Source: Dickeya solani IPO 2222
Lineage (GTDB): Bacteria > Pseudomonadota > Gammaproteobacteria > Enterobacterales > Enterobacteriaceae
DNA: 32,000 nt
Direction of reading: 5' to 3'
Assembly (NCBI RefSeq): GCF_001644705.1
Contig: NZ_CP015137.1
Location: 1,170,001 to 1,202,000, forward strand
Both the position numbers and the translations under genes were made by a program. The notes below the pieces were generated by a model. That model made no database searches. It was not told where the DNA came from and was given only the letters and a program-made list of their open reading frames with translations. Below are positions 25,175-32,000 of the stretch, in pieces. Position 1 is the stretch's first letter. Each line of letters opens with the position of its first letter.

Positions 25175-26866
25175 TCAGAACGACGTCCAGTCGTCATTGG
25201 TGCCGGCGGTGGTGGCGGCACGTTTTTCGGTTACGCTCGGGCGAGCAGAAGGCAAGGCGTGAGATAACGCCGCGGGCTGTCGGACCGACGACGGCGCGCC
25301 GTTGCCGCCCTGTGGCGTCAGGCGGAAAGCGCTGACCGCTTCGGCCAGCAGCGACGCCTGTGACTGCAGCGACAGCGCGGCGGATGCCGACTCTTCCACC
25401 AGCGCCGCATTCTGCTGGGTGGTGGTGTCAATTTGCCCGACCGCGATGTTGATCTGGCTGATGCCGTCGCTCTGCTCATGGCTGGCCTGCGAGATCTCGT
25501 TGATAATGCTGTGCACATCTTTAACGTGACCGGTCAGGCCATCCATGGTGGATTCGGCGGTGTCCACCAATTGCATCCCTTCCTGAATCTTGTCCACCGA
25601 ATCGTCGATCAGTTCCTTGATCTCTTTGGCCGCCGTGGCGCTGCGCTGCGCCAGCGAACGCACCTCGCCCGCCACCACCGCGAAACCGCGCCCTTGCTCG
25701 CCGGCGCGCGCGGCTTCCACCGCGGCGTTCAACGCCAGAATGTTGGTCTGGAACGCGATGCCGTCGATAACACCGATGATTTCAGCCATACGCATCGAGG
25801 CTTCACGAATACCCCGCATCTTACTGGTGACCGACAGCATCACTTCGCCGCTACGGTGCGCGGCCGACGACGCCTGATTGGCGATCGACGTAGCCTGATG
25901 GGTGTTTTCCGCGGTGTTTTTGATGGTCGACACCAGTTCTTCCATCGACGCCGCCGTCTGCTCCAGCGAACTGGCCTGTTCTTCGGTGCGGGATGAGAGA
26001 TCCTGATTACCTGCGGCGATTTGCGAGGCGGCGGTGGAAATGGCCTCCGCACCGTCGCGCACCTGGCCGACGATCTGGCGCAGGCTGGCGTTCATGTTAT
26101 CCAGCGCCTGCAACAGTAATCCGGCTTCATCCTTGCGGTTGGAAGAAATCTGCGAGGTAAGATCACCTTGCGATACGCGATCGGCCATGATCAGCGCCTG
26201 CTGGATCGGCTGGGTGACGCTACGGGTGATCGCCATCGCCACCCAGACGCTGAGCACCACGCCAATACCCAGAATCGCCAGCAGGACCAGACGAATATCG
26301 TGATAAGTGGCCGACATGGCGTCAACCGTGCTCATCATCGCGTTGTCCTGATAATCCACCAGCTGGCGCACCGCATTGCGGTATTCCCGTTGCGCCGGGT
26401 TGAGACGCTGATTAAATTCATTCAGCGCCTCTTCCCGATTGTTGGCTTTCACCAGCGCAATGACTTTTTGCCCGGACTCCAGAAACTTGGCCCGAATACG
26501 GCGAATATCACCGATAAGCTGCTGGTTCTTCGCATCGTTGGATTCATTGGCATGTTTTTCCAGCGCATCCATCAGCCGGGTAATTTCCTTCGATATCGGG
26601 GGAATTTGGTCAGACACCGCTTTGATACGGTCATCGCCCGACACCAACAGCAGTTGCTGAAAAACCCGCACGCCTTCATTCACATTATCTATCAGGGTGT
26701 TGGCATCAACGGTTTGAGGGTAAATCTCCTGCACGATATCACGTGCGCTATCATGAAAACTCGATAGCTTGGTTATCGATAATATGCCTACAACGACCAG
26801 CATGACGGCCAGAACAGCAAAGCCGGCCCCCAAACGATACCCGATTCGCCAATCAGATAAACGCAT
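25175..26866 (-). CDS. methyl-accepting chemotaxis protein (four-helix-bundle sensor, HAMP, MA domain)
   Basis: The architecture is TM1, a periplasmic domain, TM2, HAMP and a highly conserved signalling hairpin (IAFQTNILALNAAVEAARAGEQGRGFAVVAGEVRSLAQRSA). The C-terminal DWTSF resembles the xWxxF CheR/CheB tether pentapeptide. Confidence 0.93.
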   Translation of the reverse strand: MRLSDWRIGYRLGAGFAVLAVMLVVVGILSITKLSSFHDSARDIVQEIYPQTVDANTLIDNVNEGVRVFQQLLLVSGDDRIKAVSDQIPPISKEITRLMDALEKHANESNDAKNQQLIGDIRRIRAKFLESGQKVIALVKANNREEALNEFNQRLNPAQREYRNAVRQLVDYQDNAMMSTVDAMSATYHDIRLVLLAILGIGVVLSVWVAMAITRSVTQPIQQALIMADRVSQGDLTSQISSNRKDEAGLLLQALDNMNASLRQIVGQVRDGAEAISTAASQIAAGNQDLSSRTEEQASSLEQTAASMEELVSTIKNTAENTHQATSIANQASSAAHRSGEVMLSVTSKMRGIREASMRMAEIIGVIDGIAFQTNILALNAAVEAARAGEQGRGFAVVAGEVRSLAQRSATAAKEIKELIDDSVDKIQEGMQLVDTAESTMDGLTGHVKDVHSIINEISQASHEQSDGISQINIAVGQIDTTTQQNAALVEESASAALSLQSQASLLAEAVSAFRLTPQGGNGAPSSVRQPAALSHALPSARPSVTEKRAATTAGTNDDWTSF

Positions 26867-26903
26867 ACTCAGCTCCTCACTCCTTTATTAAGAACAAAAT
26901 GTC

Positions 26904-27040
26904 ATATCCCGCCATACTTCACGTTGCAGGCGCGTTGGCTTTCTTACTCGGCCCATAAATGGGCCTCGCCCTAGGTGCCGCTGCAAACAGCGTTCAAAAC
27001 GCGAACGTTTTGTCCTGCAACTCGAATTAATTTGGGTATA
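26904..27040. repeat. ERIC/IRU-like intergenic repeat
   Basis: The ends CATACTTCACGTTGCAGG and CCTGCAACTCGAATTAATTTGGGTATA match the conserved termini of enterobacterial ERIC elements and form terminal inverted repeats. The element is about 137 bp long. Confidence 0.7.
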
Positions 27041-27975
27041 AGCATGACTTCCTCAGGGGCAAAACACAGAGCCGCGGCTAAAGCAGGCATCGCATCCGTT
27101 ACTGTCAATAATCGTGATAAAAGCAAAGCAACAACCAGACTGATACATCAGCCAGCCATCACGATGAAATACTTCTCATCCCCTTTTCAGGCGACAAAAA
27201 TCATTTCCTTTCCACAGTGTGTAAGACAAAAACATTATAAAAAAAGAGATTCAAAAATAGTGCGAGACTAAGGCCGGACGCGGGATAGTCTTCACCGGTC
27301 GCCATTACATGCACTCTGCCCTGCTCCCTGGCCTACTATCGGCACCTCATTCTATCAACCTTTATGATTCGATCGATAAAAACATTCAAATAATGACTAT
27401 AAATAGCTATAAACTATCGATTTTCCGATATCGATCGGAAATAACCACAAAAAAGACATACTCTTATCAAGGTTAAATCACATCGGCAGCGAGGTGTTAA
27501 CAAGAGGCAACAACCGCGCCGGTTAAAAAGCAAGGGGGGAGAAGAAGAGAGACCTGACTATTTTTCATCAGTAAAAATAATCAGTTACAAAAAATCGTTG
27601 CGAATAGCGATCGCGGCAAACGGCTCGCCTGAGTTAAAAAATAGGGCAACCAGGCAGGTTTTCTTATTACCCACTGTTGAGAAAATCAGAGCAAAAAAAA
27701 TAAAAAATGAAATTAATACTAAGCTAATCAAAATCGGTGGGATATGATAACAATTCTTATATCCGACATCCTCACTCAACAATAGACTTTATTAAAACAC
27801 GGTTTCTTTCTCTATTCCTGTTTCTGCTAAAAATTTCCCGTAACGCTGGTTGACACTATTTTGAACCTTGACTAATACTTAATCATTAAGGCTGATATTC
27901 TGCCTTAATTGGGAAATAAATTAATTGCACATTTTGTGCAACCAGAAATGGTAATAATCCGGTAAATATAACTAA

Positions 27976-29586
27976 ATGCGAATAAAAAAACTGATAAAAA
28001 TAAACCTTTTGCATTTAATCCTGTTTATTTCTCTTGCCAGCATGTTCGTCACGCTTTTGAATAGCTATTTAACCTTTTATAACGTTCAAAAGAAATTACT
28101 TATTGAGCAGGCAGTTAAGGTGAACTCAAGCTATTCATCCAAATTATCCGTAACCGTGGATAATTTTTTCTCTATGTCAGAAGAGCAACTGTCTTACAGC
28201 GCCAAATTGATCGCCAGCCATATCCAGTCCGGCAATTTACGGCAATTACAAGCCGAGCTGCAACGCATTCACCAGTTAAGCCATGCATTCAACTCAATGG
28301 TGGTCGTGACGGAAAATGGCCAGATCATTGCAGCCTCGCCGACGTCACTAAATTTGACCGGTATCACACTGACCTCTAACCGACATCTCACCACACTGAG
28401 AGAGAAGCGATTTTTTATCAGCGCACCCTATACCTCGCTGAGTGGTAATTATATTATTTTTATTTCCTACCCTATCGCAGATGATGCCGGTAATTATCTC
28501 GGTTATATCGGCGGCTCGCTATATCTTAATAGTCGACGTATTCTGAATGAATTCATGAATACGCAATTCAGTAATGACAGTTTTAATACTTATGTGATTG
28601 ATAAAGAAGGCACCATTATTTACCACCGCGACATCGGTCAGATTGGCAAAAAATTCAACGATTCGCATATTCTGAGTTCAATCGCCAATCAGGATAAAGG
28701 CAGCTTTATGATGCCGGACGAACAAGGGATCCTGTCACCGGCGTCGTTTATCCGCACACAAAAGTCAGGCTGGATTATCATCACCCAGCAGTCGTTCCAT
28801 TCTCTTGAGGAAGCACTGAACGACGTGATGCTCAGCGTTCTGAAGCAGGGAACGCCGCTGGGCATCCTCACCCTGCTGGCGCTCAGCATTCTGGCCTATT
28901 ACATCTCCAAGCCGCTGCGCCAGTTGGCTAAATCAGCCAGCAGCATGGATCAGCTTGGCGTCATCAGCAAAATCCGCGCCGTCAAAGCCTGGTATCTGGA
29001 AGCCGAACAGTTAAAGCGGGTCTTGCTGATGGGCACCGTATTGTTGCACAAACGCATTGGCCGCCTCAGTTCGGAAGCCCATACCGACCCGCTTTCCGGC
29101 ATGCTGAACCGACGGGGCATGCAGGAAAGCATGGAAGAGATCCGCAGCGAATATAAGAAAGTCTCGGTGATCGCCATTGATATCGATCATTTCAAAGTGA
29201 TCAATGACTCGTTTGGACACGACGTCGGTGACGAGGTGATCCGCAAACTGAGTCAGCAAATCCGTAAAAACTTCCGCAAGACCGACCTGGTCTGTCGCAT
29301 TGGCGGCGAAGAATTCCTGATTCTGCTGCCTAGCGCGGATATTCACGTCGCCACGGTGATCGCCGAACGGCTACGCAACAACGTCGCGAACACCGTCTAT
29401 ATGCCGGGTTCGCGTCACCATCAGGTCACCATTTCAGTTGGCGTGACGACGTTTAACCCACAGAAGTCGGCGCTGGACATCGCCATCAAAACGGCGGATA
29501 ACGCGCTGTACAAAGCCAAAAATGGCGGCCGTAACCGGGTGGTGGTGGAATACCTCTCTGACGATATTTCTCTGGCACAACATTAA
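27976..29586 (+). CDS. membrane diguanylate cyclase with a periplasmic Cache-like sensor and a GGDEF domain
   Basis: The architecture is TM, a roughly 270-aa periplasmic domain, TM, then a GGDEF domain. The active site is RIGGEEF and an RxxD I-site (RKTD) lies 5 residues upstream. DPLSGMLNRRG and ADNALYKAKNGGRNR are also present. The gene is AT-rich. Confidence 0.9.
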   Translation: MRIKKLIKINLLHLILFISLASMFVTLLNSYLTFYNVQKKLLIEQAVKVNSSYSSKLSVTVDNFFSMSEEQLSYSAKLIASHIQSGNLRQLQAELQRIHQLSHAFNSMVVVTENGQIIAASPTSLNLTGITLTSNRHLTTLREKRFFISAPYTSLSGNYIIFISYPIADDAGNYLGYIGGSLYLNSRRILNEFMNTQFSNDSFNTYVIDKEGTIIYHRDIGQIGKKFNDSHILSSIANQDKGSFMMPDEQGILSPASFIRTQKSGWIIITQQSFHSLEEALNDVMLSVLKQGTPLGILTLLALSILAYYISKPLRQLAKSASSMDQLGVISKIRAVKAWYLEAEQLKRVLLMGTVLLHKRIGRLSSEAHTDPLSGMLNRRGMQESMEEIRSEYKKVSVIAIDIDHFKVINDSFGHDVGDEVIRKLSQQIRKNFRKTDLVCRIGGEEFLILLPSADIHVATVIAERLRNNVANTVYMPGSRHHQVTISVGVTTFNPQKSALDIAIKTADNALYKAKNGGRNRVVVEYLSDDISLAQH

Positions 29587-29660
29587 CCGCGCCCAACCTC
29601 TGTGCCGCGGCGCGGTTCCTCCGTCTGCCGAAAGGCGGACTGTGCGCCCGGTCCGGGCGT
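29585..29660 (+). terminator. cluster of three GC-rich hairpins after the cyclase gene (REP-like or terminator)
   Basis: The first hairpin is AACCGCGCC-N15-GGCGCGGTT. The second is GTCTGCC-GAAA-GGCGGAC. The third is CGCCC-GGTCC-GGGCG. None has a U-tract. Confidence 0.35.
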
Positions 29661-29815
29661 ATCCGCTTAATAGTGAGACCCTGTCTAATGTTATAGATTC
29701 GTGTATCAGAGCAAAGAATCGGACTTTCAACGACAATGGCAGACTGTCAAAAAACCAAACTTTTTTGTACCGGGTTATTGGTATCATTTTGTTTGTCTTA
29801 TTTATTTTTGTTTAA

Positions 29816-30046
29816 CATCCAGAATGCGATATTGCCCGGCACGTCACGGTGAGTATTGGCGGTTGTACCTTCGAGTATCGGCAATCGCCGGATTTTGTCA
29901 TGGCGATCGAAACGGCGGATAAATTACTGTATCAGTCCAAGCAGGCGGGGAAAGATAGAGCCACCCTGCGCACGCTGGCGCAGGACACTAACGAACCAGA
30001 ATCATTCGTGCCCGCTTTACCGCCGGCGGAACACGAGAAACGGTAA
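29816..30046 (+). pseudogene. 3' remnant of a second GGDEF-domain gene
   Basis: The frame reads ..ARHVTVSIGGCTFEYRQSPDFVMAIETADKLLYQSKQAGKDRA.., which is the last roughly 45 residues of a GGDEF domain plus a tail. An in-frame stop lies immediately upstream at 29813, and no N-terminal domain is present. Confidence 0.7.
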
Positions 30047-30062
30047 TAACGAAACAGCAGAA

Positions 30063-30482
30063 TTACTCACCCTGCAGCGTCGCCACCAGCGAACGGCTGC
30101 CGCCGTGGTTGCGGTGTTCACACAGGTAAATCCCCTGCCAGGTGCCGACGTGCAGCCGACCGTTACGCACCGGCAACATCAGGCTGCTACCCAACAGGCT
30201 GCTTTTCAGGTGCGCCGGCATGTCGTCGCTGCCTTCGTAGGTATGGCGGTAATAAGGCTCGTCTTCCGGCACCAGATGGTTAAAGGCGCTTTCGAAATCC
30301 AGCCGTACCGTTGGATCGGCGTTTTCATTGAGCGTCAGCGAGGCCGAGGTGTGGCAGATAAACACATGCAGCAACCCCACCCTGACCTCGCGCAGATCCG
30401 TCACCTGCGCCAGCACTTCATCAGTAATCAAATGAAAGCCGCGGGAACGGGGTTTCAGCCGAATATCGTATTGTTGCCACAT
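30063..30482 (-). CDS. yjbQ: YjbQ-family protein (UPF0047; secondary thiamine-phosphate synthase-like)
   Basis: [67 protein letters not shown] is collinear with E. coli YjbQ. I chose the ATG at 30482, which has AGGAG upstream. Confidence 0.9.
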   Translation of the reverse strand: MWQQYDIRLKPRSRGFHLITDEVLAQVTDLREVRVGLLHVFICHTSASLTLNENADPTVRLDFESAFNHLVPEDEPYYRHTYEGSDDMPAHLKSSLLGSSLMLPVRNGRLHVGTWQGIYLCEHRNHGGSRSLVATLQGE

Positions 30483-30521
30483 CTCGCGTCTCCTGTGGTG
30501 GTGAATCATTGCCAGAGGATG

Positions 30522-30547
30522 CCATAAAAAAGCGCGGCAAGCCGCGA
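30522..30547 (-). terminator. Rho-independent terminator (minus strand) between the structured element and yjbQ
   Basis: The minus strand reads GCGCGGCTTGCCGCGC followed by TTTTTTAT. Confidence 0.65.
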
Positions 30548-30866
30548 TAAGGCTGTAAACAAACAGACTTGTTGTTTCGTATAGACGGATTTATGCCAAA
30601 ACGGTAAAAAGTTTCGTGCGTAATAAAATTGATGATTCCTTTGCAGCATCATCGCACGCACGACAAGGAGAGGCTCAAACGCCGCCTCTCCTTGACCACT
30701 GGCTGAGGGCTAAACTGTGCCGCTAGCGCGGTACCTTCGGCATCCGCCTTCGCTGTTCGGGCCGCCCGTGACGTGCTCCCGGCACGGCACGGGCTTTCGC
30801 CGCGTCCATGCGGCTCACCCGGCGAAGTCGCCTGCCTCAGCACAGTTTTTGACGCCAAAACACCCC
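30530..30866. repeat. structured intergenic element, copy 2 (paralog of 20358-20665)
   Basis: See copy 1 for the alignment. The + strand here corresponds to the minus strand of copy 1. The 15-mer GCGCGGCAAGCCGCG occurs at its left end and just beyond its right end (30532-30546 and 30902-30916). Confidence 0.8.
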
Positions 30867-30944
30867 GTCATCTTGCACTGATAAGGTTTGTCAGTAGTCT
30901 GGCGCGGCAAGCCGCGCTTAACAACAACCCCTGGTTTGGAAGGC

Positions 30945-32000
30945 TTAACCACGTTCCAGAATCGGCTTCAGGAAACGGGCGGTGTGGGATTTCTCGCACT
31001 GCGCCACCGTTTCCGGCGTGCCGGAAACCAGAATCTCGCCGCCGCCGCTGCCGCCTTCCGGCCCCAGATCCACGATCCAGTCCGCGGTCTTGATCACGTC
31101 CAGATTGTGTTCGATTACCACAATGGTGTTGCCCTGATCGCGCAACTGATGCAGTACCGCCAGCAATTGCTGGATATCGGCGAAGTGCAGGCCGGTAGTA
31201 GGCTCGTCCAGAATATAGAGCGTCTGCCCGGTGCCGCGTTTCGACAGCTCACGCGCCAGTTTCACGCGCTGCGCCTCACCGCCAGACAAGGTGGTGGCCG
31301 ACTGCCCCAACCGGATGTAGGACAAACCAACATCGATCAGCGTTTGCAGTTTACGCGCCAGCGCCGGAATGGCGTCGAAGAACTCGCGTGCTTCCTCGAT
31401 AGTCATCTCCAGCACTTCATGGATGCTCTTGCCCTTGTATTTGATCTCCAGCGTCTCGCGGTTATAACGTTTGCCTTTGCATTGATCGCAGGGGACGTAA
31501 ATATCCGGCAGGAAGTGCATTTCCACCTTGATCACGCCATCGCCCTGACAGGCTTCGCAACGCCCGCCGCGCACGTTAAAGCTGAAACGGCCGGGGTTAT
31601 AACCGCGGCTACGCGCTTCCGGCACGCCGGCGAACAACTCGCGGATCGGCGTGAACACGCCGGTGTAAGTGGCCGGGTTGGATCGCGGCGTACGACCGAT
31701 CGGGCTTTGATCGATGTCGATCACCTTGTCGAAATGCTCCAGCCCCTGAATATCGCGGTACGCCGCCGGTTCGTTCAGCTCGCCGCCGTTGAGCTGGCGC
31801 TGGGCGATCGGGAACAGGGTATCGTTGATCAGCGTCGATTTGCCGGAACCGGACACCCCGGTAATACAGGTGAACAGCCCGACCGGCAGGGTCAGGGTGA
31901 CGTCTTTCAGGTTGTTGCCACGTGCGCCAATCAGCTTGAGGACTTTGCCTGGATCCGCCGGTATGCGCTGCGCCGGGATCTCGATTTTACGCGCGCCGCT
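30945..32000 (-). CDS. uvrA: excinuclease ABC subunit A, C-terminal 351 aa (5' end outside window)
   Basis: The frame is open to the window edge. The second ABC module is present ([37 protein letters not shown]), as is the zinc finger [14 protein letters not shown]. The C-terminus is [11 protein letters not shown], as in E. coli UvrA. Confidence 0.97.
   Translation of the reverse strand, partial: SGARKIEIPAQRIPADPGKVLKLIGARGNNLKDVTLTLPVGLFTCITGVSGSGKSTLINDTLFPIAQRQLNGGELNEPAAYRDIQGLEHFDKVIDIDQSPIGRTPRSNPATYTGVFTPIRELFAGVPEARSRGYNPGRFSFNVRGGRCEACQGDGVIKVEMHFLPDIYVPCDQCKGKRYNRETLEIKYKGKSIHEVLEMTIEEAREFFDAIPALARKLQTLIDVGLSYIRLGQSATTLSGGEAQRVKLARELSKRGTGQTLYILDEPTTGLHFADIQQLLAVLHQLRDQGNTIVVIEHNLDVIKTADWIVDLGPEGGSGGGEILVSGTPETVAQCEKSHTARFLKPILERG

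Noticed and set aside
26975-27271. A 98-aa ORF starting inside the ERIC element.
   Set aside because: It overlaps a repeat element, has no RBS and has no recognisable protein features.
27585-27782. A 65-aa hydrophobic ORF in the AT-rich region upstream of the cyclase.
   Set aside because: It has only a TTG start and no RBS. Its Phe/Ile/Lys-rich composition is what AT-rich non-coding DNA produces by chance.
30553-30660. A small ORF family downstream of the conserved AAGGAGAGG hairpin: MKWQRNAIVYPARN.. in copy 1 and MMLQRNHQFYYARN.. in copy 2.
   Set aside because: The similarity reflects nucleotide homology of the element. The copy 1 version stops after 18 codons, while copy 2 runs through a terminator hairpin, so a conserved peptide is unlikely. 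It would still be worth a look in ribosome-profiling data.

Overview
Chromosomal window from an enterobacterium. Gene order, protein sequences, an ERIC element and a type I-F CRISPR repeat suggest a soft-rot Pectobacteriaceae such as Dickeya (inference, not verified). The backbone has three parts: a partial LacI-family regulator with lysA/lysR; an ABC importer operon carrying an NPP-type phosphodiesterase and a divergent HutC/GntR regulator; and the block known from E. coli K-12, dusA-pspG-qor-dnaB-alr-tyrB-yjbQ-uvrA. Several accessory insertions interrupt this backbone. (a) A visibly AT-rich single-gene Fic island lies after lysR. (b) An Xre/RES toxin-antitoxin module with a frameshifted toxin lies upstream of dusA. 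(c) A cytochrome P450 with two tiny downstream ORFs lies between pspG and qor. (d) Between alr and tyrB lie a DUF1471 protein, a pheC-like dehydratase, a cas-less I-F CRISPR mini-array, aroP, an Lrp-like regulator and a YitT-like membrane protein. (e) Between tyrB and yjbQ lie an MCP, an ERIC element, an AT-rich Cache-GGDEF cyclase and the stump of an older GGDEF gene. Two signals stand out. First, the CRISPR array appears broken inside its 4th repeat: the missing repeat half, one more 32-nt spacer and a degenerate terminal repeat sit 4.8 kb away on the opposite strand. Second, a roughly 300-nt intergenic element occurs twice in inverted orientation (20358-20665 and 30530-30866), and its differences are compensatory in at least four helices, which suggests a structured RNA or structured repeat that I cannot assign to a known family. 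All calls come from reading the sequence and ORF translations; no database search was run.
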